The translations under genes were made by a program, and so were the position numbers. From an uncultured Gammaproteobacteria bacterium (GTDB lineage Bacteria; Patescibacteriota; Patescibacteriia; Magasanikbacterales; UBA922): a DNA stretch of 64,000 nucleotides. Numbering within the stretch: the first letter of the stretch is position 1; each line of letters starts with the position of its first letter. Of this stretch, positions 9,779-20,535 are shown in pieces. Where the stretch lies: positions 22,561 through 86,560 of the forward strand of contig CAYUTO010000004.1 in assembly GCA_964447765.1 (NCBI GenBank), given 5' to 3'. Under the pieces are notes generated by a model. The model did not search any database. It worked only from the letters and a program-made list of their open reading frames with translations, and was not told the DNA's origin.

Positions 9779-10590
9779 AATTTTTCACTTGGTCTCTTCG
9801 TCGCAACAATAGGCTTTCCCTCAGTTACAATAACCGTATGCTCAAAATGAGCACTCATCGACTGATCGACCGTACTAATACCCCACCCATCTGGAGCTGT
9901 TTCCACTTTATAGCTCCCGAGAGTAATCATAGGTTCAATTGCGAGTACCATTCCTGGTACAAGCTTAATACCCTCCAAACTCGCATCATAATAATTGGGC
10001 ACACGTGGTTCCTCGTGAACCTGATATCCAACTCCATGACCAACCAAATCTCTCACAATCCCGTATTTGAAAGGTTTGATATATTCTTCGACCGCTTTAC
10101 CAATAGACGCCACAGTATTTCCAACTACCGCAGCAGCAATTCCCCTCTTCAATGATTCGTACGTTCGTTCAAAAAGTAATGTAGTATCAGGTGTTGCTTT
10201 CCCGACCAAGACCGTAAGCGCAGTATCTGTAAAAAATCCATTTCCAAATCGCCCAAGTCCACTTTTGACCGGGTATTCCATTCCAATATCAATAGTAAAA
10301 ATATCTCCATTTTTAAGAACTTTTGTTTTGGTTGCAATACCATGAACCACTTCTTCATTCAGTGAAGCACAAATGGTCGAAGGAAACGGAGGATCACTTC
10401 TTCTCGATCGATAGCCTTTAAAAGAAGGTCTCCCACCTGCTTTCTTGATACGTGCCTCAGCTTCACCATCAATCTCATATGCCGTTGCCCCAGATACAGC
10501 TAGGGTACCCAAATATTCAAGGATTTCTCCTATGACATGACCCCCTTCTTCTATCCATGATTGTTCTTCCTTAGTTTTGGTATATGACAT
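9775..10590 (-). CDS. map: Methionine aminopeptidase type I
   Basis: NEEVVHGI, DIG, GHGVG..HEEP, AIEPM, SAHFEHT. Confidence 0.95.
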   Translation of the reverse strand: MSYTKTKEEQSWIEEGGHVIGEILEYLGTLAVSGATAYEIDGEAEARIKKAGGRPSFKGYRSRRSDPPFPSTICASLNEEVVHGIATKTKVLKNGDIFTIDIGMEYPVKSGLGRFGNGFFTDTALTVLVGKATPDTTLLFERTYESLKRGIAAAVVGNTVASIGKAVEEYIKPFKYGIVRDLVGHGVGYQVHEEPRVPNYYDASLEGIKLVPGMVLAIEPMITLGSYKVETAPDGWGISTVDQSMSAHFEHTVIVTEGKPIVATKRPSEKL

Positions 10591-10630
10591 AGAGAGTATC
10601 CTAGCAAGATTGTGTTAATTTGTGAAGCAC

Positions 10631-11809
10631 CTATACAATGACCAAAAGGGTGAGGAAACCTATAAGCGTTAGGGCAGACGCAATGACATGGTAGTGCTGG
10701 CGTCGAATTTGAATAACAATTTTAAGTATCAAAGCGCAAGAAAAGAATATAATAAGCCCAAAAAGCACTCCTCGAGACACTGGGGAGATAGTACCGAGTA
10801 CCGCAGGAACTTGTTTTGAAAGTTCATATTTCTGAATAGCACCCATTGGAATTGCAGGAATGGTCTGCCATTCAATCGAAGAATTGGTGACTTCCCCATC
10901 TTCCCACTTAATCACCATTTCCGCAGGCACGACTGATGCAAAAAAATCTTCAAGTGATTCAGAGACAGTAATAGTCCCAACCCATACACCGTCTTCACGA
11001 GTATCGTATAATTCAAATCCATACCCTTGTGTAGTAACGGTCACCTGACTCGCCGATCCTACAATTCGTGCAAATGCTTGAAGTATAATTTTTTCACCTT
11101 CTTTTTTCCACGACAAATATGATGTTCCAAAATCATAATATTGAGTAGCAATCTGAGTATCTTCAGTATTCTCAATAATTCCTCGCACTCGTTCACGAGA
11201 GTCAAAAGCAACAGCGAGCTGATTCGATGGTTGCCCAAAATGTTGCGCAACATACACTGCAATATTCTCGCCGTACATACCAACCGATGAACCAATGCCA
11301 ATATCCTTGAAATCAGGATCAATAATATTCGCAAAATGCGTCGGACTCTCCACCCATGCCTCTACCATAGCTTCAGGTGAAGAAAATCCCACCGCAAGGT
11401 TTTCGCCAGCAACCGAATAACTATATCCTGCTTCAGAGAGAAAATCTCGCAATCGTTTACCATGAGGATTGATATGTTCAAAATACCCAAGCTCAGTCAT
11501 GTCGAGAGCTTTATTCCAAGATGACTCCGCCAAAGGTTCAGTATATTCTAACAATGGAACACCCTCGCGGCTACGGATTTCATTGGTCAGCTCAATAACC
11601 CTCTCCTGTTGTGCGACCAAAACTTCAGGGACAACATATGCTTGAACAGGTAAAAGCAAGGCAGTGACAACAACAATCATCTTTACCGCAATACCAAGGA
11701 AACCATAAAAAAGCACTCGCCCATGGTGAAGTGCATGCGGGTGATAATTATTTTCTTCGTGAGGAATGAAAAAATGTTTTAAGCCTGCAGACATACAAAA
11801 ATATGCCAT
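10631..11809 (-). CDS. Membrane-anchored CAP (SCP) domain protein
   Basis: LTN..R..KA.DM...YFEH, AGENLA, W..SPTH..NI motifs; TM segments at both ends. Confidence 0.85.
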   Translation of the reverse strand: MAYFCMSAGLKHFFIPHEENNYHPHALHHGRVLFYGFLGIAVKMIVVVTALLLPVQAYVVPEVLVAQQERVIELTNEIRSREGVPLLEYTEPLAESSWNKALDMTELGYFEHINPHGKRLRDFLSEAGYSYSVAGENLAVGFSSPEAMVEAWVESPTHFANIIDPDFKDIGIGSSVGMYGENIAVYVAQHFGQPSNQLAVAFDSRERVRGIIENTEDTQIATQYYDFGTSYLSWKKEGEKIILQAFARIVGSASQVTVTTQGYGFELYDTREDGVWVGTITVSESLEDFFASVVPAEMVIKWEDGEVTNSSIEWQTIPAIPMGAIQKYELSKQVPAVLGTISPVSRGVLFGLIIFFSCALILKIVIQIRRQHYHVIASALTLIGFLTLLVIV

Positions 11810-11860
11810 TAGTATAGCATATTTTAAATAAAAAAGTTAACGAAATTCTACAATAGAATA

Positions 11861-12523
11861 TTATTCAGAAACGATTACTGCTATTTCTTTTTCAACTTCA
11901 TCAATACCCTGATTACCATCAACAATACGAAGCAAGCCTTTCTCCTCATAATATTCACGCACCGGTGCGACAGCTTCATTACCCTGCTCTCTCATACGTT
12001 TCTCTACCGTTTCAGGTGTATCATCACTTCGTCGTACCAATGTACCACCACACTTTTCGCAATGAGTCAGCGTATCATTATGCGGAGTATACGGAATAAT
12101 AAAGCCACATTGTTCACACACTTTTCGCTTAAGAATACGGAGTGCACCTTCCTCATCAGTTAGTTTAATTTCAATTGCAACTAATTCCGGTATCAATTTT
12201 TTTGAATCAAAATAGTCCTCATATCCATACGCCTGACTCTTTGTTCTGATTGCCCCATCAAGCACTACCCCCTGCCCATCTGCAAGATAAGTATCAATGG
12301 CCTGAAATGCCAGTTTATAAATCAACTCATCTGAAACTAATTTACCTTCTTTCATTTCGAGAAGAAGTGCCTTATCATCAGCTGATGCATGAGGATTTTT
12401 TTCAAATGTACGAAGTAAATCTCCGGTCGAAATATGTCCATAACCAAAGTGCTGAGCCAAGCGTTTTGCTTGAGTACCTTTTCCACTACCTGGAATTCCG
12501 AGGAGAATAATTACTTTCTTCAT
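11861..12523 (-). CDS. adk: Adenylate kinase (Zn-binding LID)
   Basis: GIPGSGKGTQA, HISTGDLLR, CxxC...CxxC, RSDD. Confidence 0.92.
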   Translation of the reverse strand: MKKVIILLGIPGSGKGTQAKRLAQHFGYGHISTGDLLRTFEKNPHASADDKALLLEMKEGKLVSDELIYKLAFQAIDTYLADGQGVVLDGAIRTKSQAYGYEDYFDSKKLIPELVAIEIKLTDEEGALRILKRKVCEQCGFIIPYTPHNDTLTHCEKCGGTLVRRSDDTPETVEKRMREQGNEAVAPVREYYEEKGLLRIVDGNQGIDEVEKEIAVIVSE

Positions 12524-12567
12524 AATATATTAGTCAATTGGTTTAGTGAGGATTAAACAGAAATAAA

Positions 12568-12627
12568 TAAGATTGTAAGATTATAAATTTTGTATTTCAC
12601 GCTCAATCTTATAACTTAGTAATCTTT
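12568..12627. repeat. 8-bp-period tandem inverted repeat (AAGATTRT)n...(AATCTT)n
   Basis: Degenerate arms in the secY-adk gap. Confidence 0.5.
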
Positions 12628-12639
12628 CCCACTTGAACT

Positions 12640-12674
12640 AAAAACACGCCTCTGAAGTATAGCAGAAGGCGTGT
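12640..12674 (-). terminator. Intrinsic terminator after secY
   Basis: AACACGCCT...AGGCGTGTT stem followed by a T-run on the minus strand. Confidence 0.65.
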
Positions 12675-12689
12675 TCAAAGATAAATAAA

Positions 12690-13961
12690 TTACACATGGT
12701 CGTATTCATGCATCTTGAGTTGTGACTGAATCTGTTTCGTAGTTTCAACCGCAACTGAAACAACAATCAGAAGACTCGTACCACCAATTACCAACCCTTG
12801 TGAACCAGTGAAACCTTGTGCAATAAGTGGAAGGATGGCAATAATACCCAAGAACAACGCACCTGAAAACAAAAGCTTGGTCATGGTTTTTTGCAAATAT
12901 TCTTCTGTTTGTTTTCCTGGTCGAATACCCAAGATAAATGCACCTTGACGCTGTAAATTTTCAGCCATCTTGTCTGGATTGAAAACAACTGAAGTATAGA
13001 AGTAGGTAAAGCCAAACACTAAGACAAAATACACAATTCCGTAAAACCACTGGTTATTAAAAACCGTAATGATCGTATTTGCCGCAGATCCAATAAATCC
13101 TCCGCTATTCACAAAAAATTGTGCAACCATTGGTGGAAAAAGTACCATGGAGATAGCAAAGATAATTGGAATTACTCCTGCCATATTGATTCGAAGCGGT
13201 AAAAAGTTGGTCATACCGCCAAACGAACGAGTTCCTTGATTTTGTCGCGCGTAACTTACCGGAATATTCCTTTGACCTTCATTTACATACACCACACCGA
13301 TAATTGTCGCAATTGAAATAGCCACAAATAAAAGGTATAGATATAATTGTGAAGAATCATAATTAACAATCGCAGTCTGGATAGTAGTTGGAAGTGACGC
13401 AACGATACCTGCAAAAATAAGCAATGAAATTCCATTTCCGACATTTTTTTCAGTAATCAATTCACCAATCCACATGAGGAAAATACTTCCTGCAGTGATA
13501 GTAATCATGATCGAAACAAATTTGAATGTCGTCAAATCTCCCATGATAGCAAACTGTGACTGATGTAAAAGCTTAATAGTACCATACGCTTGAAGCAATC
13601 CGAGAGGAACTGCTGCAATTCTCGTATACATATTAATTTTCTGTCGACCACTCTCCCCTTCTTTTGAAAGTTCTTCAAAATAAGGAACTACCATTGTCAA
13701 AAGTTGGAAAATAATCGAAGCAGTAATGTATGGCGCAACACCAAGCATCACAATAGAAAAGTTTGCAATAGTGCCTCCTGAAAAAATATTAAGAAGACCC
13801 AAAATTTGATTTCCTGCTAAAAATTGTCGCAATCCTTCAACATTGACACCAGGAACCGGAATATGCGCTGCTAATCGAAATATGACCAACATGGCGAATA
13901 CAAAAAGTACACGGTTGCGGATATCAGGAATAGTCCAAATTCGACGTATTTTATTCCACAT
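12690..13961 (-). CDS. secY: Preprotein translocase SecY
   Basis: HIPVPGV, LGVAPYITASII, GNGISLLIFAGI, GIRPG, GGTSLLIVV. Confidence 0.98.
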   Translation of the reverse strand: MWNKIRRIWTIPDIRNRVLFVFAMLVIFRLAAHIPVPGVNVEGLRQFLAGNQILGLLNIFSGGTIANFSIVMLGVAPYITASIIFQLLTMVVPYFEELSKEGESGRQKINMYTRIAAVPLGLLQAYGTIKLLHQSQFAIMGDLTTFKFVSIMITITAGSIFLMWIGELITEKNVGNGISLLIFAGIVASLPTTIQTAIVNYDSSQLYLYLLFVAISIATIIGVVYVNEGQRNIPVSYARQNQGTRSFGGMTNFLPLRINMAGVIPIIFAISMVLFPPMVAQFFVNSGGFIGSAANTIITVFNNQWFYGIVYFVLVFGFTYFYTSVVFNPDKMAENLQRQGAFILGIRPGKQTEEYLQKTMTKLLFSGALFLGIIAILPLIAQGFTGSQGLVIGGTSLLIVVSVAVETTKQIQSQLKMHEYDHV

Positions 13962-14013
13962 ATAAATTACAAGTTACGTGGCTTAAAGACAATAATTCCG
14001 ACGGGTGTCGGAA

Positions 14014-14448
14014 TTACAGTACCAATTTTCCTCCAGCCTTTTCAATGGCTTGTAGCGCAGTTTTAGTAGCGAGACAATCGTGCAACACTACTTTTTGAGT
14101 GAGGACACCTGTAGCTACAATTTTTACTCCAGCACGTACATTATTGATGATACCATGAGCCTTGAGTACGTAAGGAGTGATTTCAGAAACAGTCGAAGCG
14201 AGCGTATTAAGCTGACTCAAAGATACGGTTTCAGGCTTAAGAGCACTTGAGGTAAAACCACGAGATTTTGGAACTTTCTGAAGCTGTGCTTTAAATGCAC
14301 GACGCATAATACCACCTGCGCCTGCTCGAGCTTTTTGCCCTTTAATACCACGGGTAGAATAGCTTCCCTTTCCGCTGGAATTACCACGACCCACACGTTT
14401 AACGTTTCGCTTGCGGCCTCGTGAACTGATTGTTGAAGGGGTTAACAT
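14014..14448 (-). CDS. rplO: 50S ribosomal protein L15
   Basis: KRVGRG.SSGKG..RGIKGQKAR; position in spc cluster. Confidence 0.95.
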   Translation of the reverse strand: MLTPSTISSRGRKRNVKRVGRGNSSGKGSYSTRGIKGQKARAGAGGIMRRAFKAQLQKVPKSRGFTSSALKPETVSLSQLNTLASTVSEITPYVLKAHGIINNVRAGVKIVATGVLTQKVVLHDCLATKTALQAIEKAGGKLVL

Positions 14449-14474
14449 ACAAAAAAATTTATAAATGCCTTATA

Positions 14475-15122
14475 CTAAGCTACTGATTCAGCAGCTTTCT
14501 TTGGCGCAGCTTTTTTTCCACCAGATGCTCGTGTTTTTCGTTTAGCACCATCTTCTTCCACCACAGAACTCACAGATTCAGAAGTTACTGAAGTAGAAGG
14601 AGCTTCTGCTGGACGACGATCTTGTGAAAGTGTTCGAATTGCTTGTTTTTTGAATTTTTTCAAAGCTTCAAAAGTGGCTTTTACGTTTACTACTTTATTA
14701 TTAGTTTTTCCTAAGATTTTTCCTGACGCATTTCCTACTCCTGCAAGATCAAGGACCATACGTACGGTACTTCCAGCAATAATTCCAGAACCTTTTGGAG
14801 CCGGCTTAATCATGATTTTTCCAGCTTTGAATTTTGCTTCCACCCGGTGAGGGATCGTGCCATTGAAAATAGGAACAGTCAAAATATTTTTCTTTGCCTG
14901 ATTTACAGCCTTATCAACTGCAATCTGAACGTCTTTTCCTTTTTCAATTCCATAAGCGACTCGTCCTTTGCGATCTCCAATAAGGACACATGCTCGAAAA
15001 CTCATGTGTTTTCCACCTTTGGTAACACGTGTTACGCGGGCAAGATCAACAATAGTCTGATCGAACTCAGGTTTTTCTTTAGGCATTCGGCTGCCACGTT
15101 CAGTGCGTTTTTGATTAGACAT
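14475..15122 (-). CDS. rpsE: 30S ribosomal protein S5 with C-terminal extension
   Basis: RVTRVTKGGK..F, PAPKGSGIIAG; start at ATG 15122. Confidence 0.95.
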   Translation of the reverse strand: MSNQKRTERGSRMPKEKPEFDQTIVDLARVTRVTKGGKHMSFRACVLIGDRKGRVAYGIEKGKDVQIAVDKAVNQAKKNILTVPIFNGTIPHRVEAKFKAGKIMIKPAPKGSGIIAGSTVRMVLDLAGVGNASGKILGKTNNKVVNVKATFEALKKFKKQAIRTLSQDRRPAEAPSTSVTSESVSSVVEEDGAKRKTRASGGKKAAPKKAAESVA

Positions 15123-15141
15123 ATAGCTAGTCTTATAATGG

Positions 15142-15516
15142 TTAGAATGTGAGCCCGCCATCTCGTGCCCCATCAGCAAACGCAGCAATGCGTCCGTGAT
15201 AAGTGAATCCCCCACGATCAAATACTACCTCAGTAATATTTTTTTCTTTTGCTTTGAGTGCAATTTCGTGTCCGAGAAGATATGCAAGTTTTGTTTTTCC
15301 TTTTCGTTCTCCTGCATCAGCAGTGGTAGTAAGTGTACCAGTACTTGAAACACCCGCAATAGTAACGCTCTTACTGTCATCAATAAGTTGCCCATACATA
15401 CTAAGTAAACTTCGGTACACTGAAAGACGAGGTCTAAGAGCAGTACCAATTACCTGTTTGCGGATTCTTTTGTGTCGTCGCACGCGATATGCGCTGCGTG
15501 TATTAGCTTGTTTCAT
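15142..15516 (-). CDS. rplR: 50S ribosomal protein L18
   Basis: RPRLSVYRS, VVFDRGGFTYHGR. Confidence 0.97.
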   Translation of the reverse strand: MKQANTRSAYRVRRHKRIRKQVIGTALRPRLSVYRSLLSMYGQLIDDSKSVTIAGVSSTGTLTTTADAGERKGKTKLAYLLGHEIALKAKEKNITEVVFDRGGFTYHGRIAAFADGARDGGLTF

Positions 15517-15527
15517 ATACTAGAATA

Positions 15528-16076
15528 TTATTCTTTACCTGCGCTTGCAGTCTTACCTGCCTTGCGTCGAACTACTTCATCAAGATACTTAATACCCTTA
15601 CCTTTATAAGGCTCAGGTTTTTTCAAGGCGCGAATTTCAGATGCAGTTTTACCAAGCATTTCAACATCAGCGCTCACCAAGGTAATGATATTTTTTTCTA
15701 CCGTTGCAGTAACTTCAGGGGGCATCTTATATACCACTGAGTGTGAAAAGCCAATTTCAAGCTTAATATCCTTTCCTTGCATTGCAACTCGAAAACCCAC
15801 TCCATTTACTTCAAGTTTTTTTTCAAAACCTTTGGTTACGCCCTCAATCATGTTTTTGATATGAGCAGCAAAGGTGCCCCACAAAGAACGTTCATATTTT
15901 TCTTCAGGTCGCTTAACCGAAACACTAACTGTTCCGTTTTCAATCGTTACAGTAACCACTGAGTGAAGTGTTCTTTCAAGTGTTCCTTTTGGTCCTTTGA
16001 CCAACACTTTACCATTCTGTACATTCACTTCTACTCCCTGAGGAATGCTGAATTGTTGTTTTCCAATACGTGACAT
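15528..16076 (-). CDS. rplF: 50S ribosomal protein L6
   Basis: MSRIGK, PEPYKGKGI. Confidence 0.98.
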   Translation of the reverse strand: MSRIGKQQFSIPQGVEVNVQNGKVLVKGPKGTLERTLHSVVTVTIENGTVSVSVKRPEEKYERSLWGTFAAHIKNMIEGVTKGFEKKLEVNGVGFRVAMQGKDIKLEIGFSHSVVYKMPPEVTATVEKNIITLVSADVEMLGKTASEIRALKKPEPYKGKGIKYLDEVVRRKAGKTASAGKE

Positions 16077-16096
16077 ATAAGTCTAAATAGTTGCTG

Positions 16097-16486
16097 TTAG
16101 TATACTGAGCAAAGTACTTCTCCGCCAACACCTTTCTTCTCCGCATCCTTTGCAGTCATAATTCCATGACTGGTTGAAACAATTGCAATACCAAATCCAT
16201 TCAATACCTTTGGTAATTCTCCCACTCCTCGATACATACGGTGTCCAGGAGTACTCTCACGAGTAATAGAAGTAATTGCAGGAGATCCTCCAGTATATTT
16301 CAAATCAAGCGCAAGCATTTTTGGCATTCCTTCTTCGGTAGAAACTGCGTCAACATAGCCCTGATCTTTGAGAATTTGAGCAATCGCAAATTTTACCCGA
16401 GAATAGGGTACGAGCACACGTTTCTTTCGCGATTGATGCGCGTTTCTGATTCGTGTGAGCATGTCTGCGATAGGGTCAGTCATCAT
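16097..16486 (-). CDS. rpsH: 30S ribosomal protein S8
   Basis: DPIADMLTRIRNA, GGEVLC. Confidence 0.98.
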   Translation of the reverse strand: MMTDPIADMLTRIRNAHQSRKKRVLVPYSRVKFAIAQILKDQGYVDAVSTEEGMPKMLALDLKYTGGSPAITSITRESTPGHRMYRGVGELPKVLNGFGIAIVSTSHGIMTAKDAEKKGVGGEVLCSVY

Positions 16487-16522
16487 ACGTAATTGATAAT
16501 TAGTTTAGGTATAGAGTCAGGC

Positions 16523-16708
16523 TTACCAGCTCGACTTTCGGACGCCAGGGAGCGCTGCTTTATTCGCAAGCTCTCGAAAACAGATTCTGCACAATTTAAA
16601 TTTGCGCATATATCCACGCTTGCGTCCACAATGCCAACATCTGCGTACAACGCGGGTGCTGAATTTTGGTGTTTTTGCTGATTTTGAGATTTGTGCCTGT
16701 GTTGCCAT
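16523..16708 (-). CDS. rpsZ: 30S ribosomal protein S14, Zn-binding type Z
   Basis: 61 aa from ATG 16708; CWHCGR...[15 protein letters not shown]. Confidence 0.95.
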   Translation of the reverse strand: MATQAQISKSAKTPKFSTRVVRRCWHCGRKRGYMRKFKLCRICFRELANKAALPGVRKSSW

Positions 16709-16721
16709 AACCGTAAATAAT

Positions 16722-17273
16722 TTATTTCTTTCTGAAAGGGAACCCGAGCTCCTCAAGTAACGCGCGGCCTTCTTCATTCGTTGTAGCAGTGGTCGAAATC
16801 GTCATCTCAAGTCCGTGAATCTGGTCAGCTGAATCTCCTCCGATTTCAGGGAATGCGAGATGTTCCTTGAACCCAATCGTGTAATTTCCTTTTCCATCGA
16901 AACTTTTTGGATTAAGTCCTCGAAAATCTCGTACACGAGGGAGTGTCAAATGGATAAGCTTATACATAAAATCATACATGTGCTCTCCTCGAACGGTCAC
17001 CGATGATCCGATCTCAGTCCCTTCTCGAAGTTTAAAGTTCGAGATAGACTTCTTCGCTTTATTGCGAACCGGCTTTTGACCAGAAATTCTTCGAAGAGTT
17101 TCCTCAACTCGCTCAATGAATGCATTTTCTTTTGCGCGCTTACCATATCCGACATTAAGCACAACCTTCGTGATACGAGGAATCTGCATTACATTAGTAT
17201 ATCCCATTTTTTCTTTGAGTTTTGGGACTACTTGAGTTTTATAGAGTTGATACAGTGATGATTTCATATACAA
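16722..17273 (-). CDS. rplE: 50S ribosomal protein L5
   Basis: [22 protein letters not shown]. Confidence 0.98.
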   Translation of the reverse strand: MYMKSSLYQLYKTQVVPKLKEKMGYTNVMQIPRITKVVLNVGYGKRAKENAFIERVEETLRRISGQKPVRNKAKKSISNFKLREGTEIGSSVTVRGEHMYDFMYKLIHLTLPRVRDFRGLNPKSFDGKGNYTIGFKEHLAFPEIGGDSADQIHGLEMTISTTATTNEEGRALLEELGFPFRKK

Positions 17274-17275
17274 AA

Positions 17276-17596
17276 TTATCCGATAATTTCATTACTTCCT
17301 TTTGCAACACGTTTTTTAGCGTCTCCTTCAATTCGATATCCTACACGTGTACCTTTATTAGTTTTAGGATCAATTACAGCCACGGCACTTGCATGTATTG
17401 GAGAAGGTAATTCAATAACCTGACCCTTTTCCCCCTGTCTTCCAGCTCGCAAATGTTTTTTGAGAACATTTACTCCTTCTACCACCACATACGACTGTGC
17501 AGTTGCCTTGTTGCGTAATACCTGAACAATCTTACCGGTTTTACCACGGTCTTTTCCTGATAATATTACTACATTGTCTCCTGTCTTTATTTTCAT
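17276..17596 (-). CDS. rplX: 50S ribosomal protein L24
   Basis: KIKTGD.V.ILSGKDRGK KOW motif. Confidence 0.97.
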   Translation of the reverse strand: MKIKTGDNVVILSGKDRGKTGKIVQVLRNKATAQSYVVVEGVNVLKKHLRAGRQGEKGQVIELPSPIHASAVAVIDPKTNKGTRVGYRIEGDAKKRVAKGSNEIIG

Positions 17597-17611
17597 ATAA
17601 TTTTTCTGAAT

Positions 17612-17983
17612 TTAGAGGACTTCTGGAGCAAGAGAAACAATACGCTGGTATCCTTTTTGACGAAGTTCACGAGCAATCGGTCCGAAAATACGTGTTCCTT
17701 TTGGTTCACCTGACGCTTTATCGATAATAACCACTGCATTCTCATCAAAACGAATATAGGTTCCGTCGCGGCGGCGTAATTCTTTTCTCTGGCGTACAAT
17801 AACAGCATGAACGACTTCACCTTTTTTCACCTGGGTACGAGGAAGTGCTTCTTTTACACTACAGGTAATGATATCACCAATTTGTGCAAAACGTTTTCTG
17901 TAACCGCCGAGTACGCGAATACACATGAGCTTTTTAGCTCCGCTATTATCCGCTACACTTAGCATACTTCTATGTTGAATCAT
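17612..17983 (-). CDS. rplN: 50S ribosomal protein L14
   Basis: [28 protein letters not shown]. Confidence 0.98.
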   Translation of the reverse strand: MIQHRSMLSVADNSGAKKLMCIRVLGGYRKRFAQIGDIITCSVKEALPRTQVKKGEVVHAVIVRQRKELRRRDGTYIRFDENAVVIIDKASGEPKGTRIFGPIARELRQKGYQRIVSLAPEVL

Positions 17984-18003
17984 ATATACAGATTACGTTT
18001 GTG

Positions 18004-18279
18004 TTATGAGCGTGCACGCACGAGAACTTTAACCAATGTCCATCGTTTCGTCTTACTCAATGGACGACATTCTTCAAATAATACCGTATCCCCAACATGC
18101 GCCTGAGCATTTTCATCGTGCACTGGATATTTTTTATCTCGGCTGTACTGCTTGTCGTACTTAGGATGAGTTTTAATACTCTTAACCTTCACGTGGATAG
18201 TTTTATTTTCTTTGGTAGAAACTACTTCGCCTTCAAAACGTCGGCGTTGTGCAGTTTGTTTGGTTGGTACAGTAGTCAT
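18004..18279 (-). CDS. rpsQ: 30S ribosomal protein S17
   Basis: HPKY.K, ECRPLSKTKRW. Confidence 0.97.
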   Translation of the reverse strand: MTTVPTKQTAQRRRFEGEVVSTKENKTIHVKVKSIKTHPKYDKQYSRDKKYPVHDENAQAHVGDTVLFEECRPLSKTKRWTLVKVLVRARS

Positions 18280-18293
18280 AATCTAAAATGATA

Positions 18294-18500
18294 TTATTTT
18301 TTCACGTTGTCAGTATTCTTTGCGCTAATCGCACCAAGAATGCGGGCAATGTCAGTTCGTACTTCACGAATAGATCGTACATCCTTCAATTGATTACCAC
18401 TCACTGAAAAACGGAGCGTACGTAATTCTTCCCGTTTCGAAGAAAGGCTCTCATGTAGTTCCTGTACACTTTGTGATTGTAGATCTTTCGCATTAACCAT
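18294..18500 (-). CDS. rpmC: 50S ribosomal protein L29
   Basis: LRF...QL....IREVRTDIARI; synteny. Confidence 0.92.
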   Translation of the reverse strand: MVNAKDLQSQSVQELHESLSSKREELRTLRFSVSGNQLKDVRSIREVRTDIARILGAISAKNTDNVKK

Positions 18501-18526
18501 ACTAACGAGAATAAATAATCAAGTAA

Positions 18527-18937
18527 TTATCGTTTAACAAATAGCGCTGTAACCGGAAGCTTGTATGCTGCCTGTGTCAGTGCCTCACGTGCTTCAACCT
18601 CTGTTACCCCTTCCATTTCAAACATGACAACTCCTGGCTTGATGGTGCACACATAGTGATCAGGAGATCCTTTTCCTCCACCCATCGGTACTTCGCTTCC
18701 TTTTCTGGTCACTGGTCGATCTGGGAAAATACGAATCCAGATTTTTCCTCCACGTTTCACATATCGAGTCATGACACGGCGAGCTGCTTCAATCTGTCGA
18801 CTTGATACCCATGCATGTGAAGTTGACTTCAAGCCAAAACTTCCAAACGCAACAGTAGTCATGCGTGAAGCAACACCCTTATTCATGCGTCGTGGTTTAT
18901 GCCACTTTCTATGTTTTACTTTTTTAGGGACTAACAT
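18527..18937 (-). CDS. rplP: 50S ribosomal protein L16
   Basis: [23 protein letters not shown]; start at ATG 18937. Confidence 0.97.
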   Translation of the reverse strand: MLVPKKVKHRKWHKPRRMNKGVASRMTTVAFGSFGLKSTSHAWVSSRQIEAARRVMTRYVKRGGKIWIRIFPDRPVTRKGSEVPMGGGKGSPDHYVCTIKPGVVMFEMEGVTEVEAREALTQAAYKLPVTALFVKR

Positions 18938-18938
18938 A

Positions 18939-19625
18939 TTATTTCTTTTTGCGTTTAATTGACTCAGTTTTCTCGGCCAATTTATCAATCTCTACAAATG
19001 ATTCACCAAGATAAATCCAGACTTTAACTCCAATCGCTCCGTAAATAGTGCGTGCAGTATAATTGGTATAATCAACATTACTTCGGAGAGTTGCCAAAGG
19101 AATTTTTCCAGAAGACAATGTTTCTCGGCGTGCAATTTCAGCTCCATTAAGTCGTCCTGATACTGAAATTTTTACCCCTTGCGCTCCAGCTTTCATGACA
19201 CGTTCAATAGTCTGCTTCATGATTCTTCTAAATGGGATACGATTTTCAATATCTTTTGCAATCATTTCAGCAACAATTGGAGCTGAGAGTGATGGACTAC
19301 GAACTTCCTGCACATTGAGCTTGACCACAACTGCCATTTTCAAAAATTTGCGCTCAATATCTTTTTTCAAAACTTCGAGCCCTTGTCCACCTCGTCCAAT
19401 TACTACTCCAGGCTTACCTGCAAAAATAGTAATAGTGATATTTTTTGGGCCACGTTCAATAAATACAGAATCAATCTGTGCATCTTTGAACTTTCCTGCT
19501 AAGTACTCACGAATTCTAATGTCTTGTTCCAAATACTGAGGGTACTTCGAAATAGAGACCCAGCGGGAGACCCAAGGGAATAGAATTCCTGTTCGAAAGA
19601 TTTTGGGGTGGACTTTGTGACCCAT
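18939..19625 (-). CDS. rpsC: 30S ribosomal protein S3
   Basis: [27 protein letters not shown]. Confidence 0.98.
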   Translation of the reverse strand: MGHKVHPKIFRTGILFPWVSRWVSISKYPQYLEQDIRIREYLAGKFKDAQIDSVFIERGPKNITITIFAGKPGVVIGRGGQGLEVLKKDIERKFLKMAVVVKLNVQEVRSPSLSAPIVAEMIAKDIENRIPFRRIMKQTIERVMKAGAQGVKISVSGRLNGAEIARRETLSSGKIPLATLRSNVDYTNYTARTIYGAIGVKVWIYLGESFVEIDKLAEKTESIKRKKK

Positions 19626-19656
19626 ACGAATGAAATAAATCGTTATCTAGATATGA

Positions 19657-20154
19657 TTATGAAACTTTTGTGTCAGTCTTTTTTGCTCGAGGCTTTTTTG
19701 CAGCAGTTGTCTTTTTTGTCGTCTTTTTCGTGGTAGATTTTTTAGTATCTACTGGAGCATCTGTTGCAACCACCTCTTCTGAGGGAGTTACCACTTCAAC
19801 TGGAGCATTACCTGATCCTTCGCCCGTAAGCACGAGAGTAATGTGCGAACTTCTCTTGCGGAGAGGTGTCGCGCGTCCCTGTGCTCGAGGCATCCATCGT
19901 TTAAGCACTGTGCCTTCGTTTACAAAAATTGATGAAATAACTAATGTGGTCGTATCCATGCGATGGTTGTGAACCGCATTTGCAATTGCTGACTGCAATA
20001 GAGTATACAGTGGTTTCGCAGCAGCTTTCCTCGAAAACTGAAGCTGAGCTGACGCATCCTGCACATGCATTCCCCTGATCAAATCAACCACTAGTCGTAC
20101 TTTCTGAGGACTCATGCGTAAACTATTCAATTGTGCTTTTGATTCAAGCTTCAT
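19657..20154 (-). CDS. rplV: 50S ribosomal protein L22 with Lys/Thr-rich C-terminal extension
   Basis: SPQKVRLVVDLIRG, PRAQGRA. Confidence 0.97.
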   Translation of the reverse strand: MKLESKAQLNSLRMSPQKVRLVVDLIRGMHVQDASAQLQFSRKAAAKPLYTLLQSAIANAVHNHRMDTTTLVISSIFVNEGTVLKRWMPRAQGRATPLRKRSSHITLVLTGEGSGNAPVEVVTPSEEVVATDAPVDTKKSTTKKTTKKTTAAKKPRAKKTDTKVS

Positions 20155-20165
20155 ATATCGCTAAA

Positions 20166-20489
20166 TTATTTTGCTGGAGCCGCTGCTGCAGGTTTTGCTG
20201 GAGCCGCTGCTTTAGTTTCTTCTTTTGCCATCTTTCCCCCATGGCTCACAAATTTACGAGTCAAAGAAAATTCTCCCAGTTTGTGTCCTACCATATTTTC
20301 ATCAATCAATACTTCAGGAAAATCTTTACCATTATGAACCTGAAATTTCATACCTACCATTATAGGAGTGATCGTTGAGGCTCGCGCCCAAGTCTTAATT
20401 GGTTTTTTTTCTCCACTCTTAAGAGCCTTCTCTACTTTTTCCATGAGCTTGGCATCAGTATATGGTCCTTTTTTCAAACTTCGTGACAT
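20166..20489 (-). CDS. rpsS: 30S ribosomal protein S19
   Basis: [18 protein letters not shown]. Confidence 0.98.
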   Translation of the reverse strand: MSRSLKKGPYTDAKLMEKVEKALKSGEKKPIKTWARASTITPIMVGMKFQVHNGKDFPEVLIDENMVGHKLGEFSLTRKFVSHGGKMAKEETKAAAPAKPAAAAPAK

Positions 20490-20535
20490 AGGGTATCTTT
20501 ATTCGTAAATTCGATTTATTCGGGTGAAACTTATA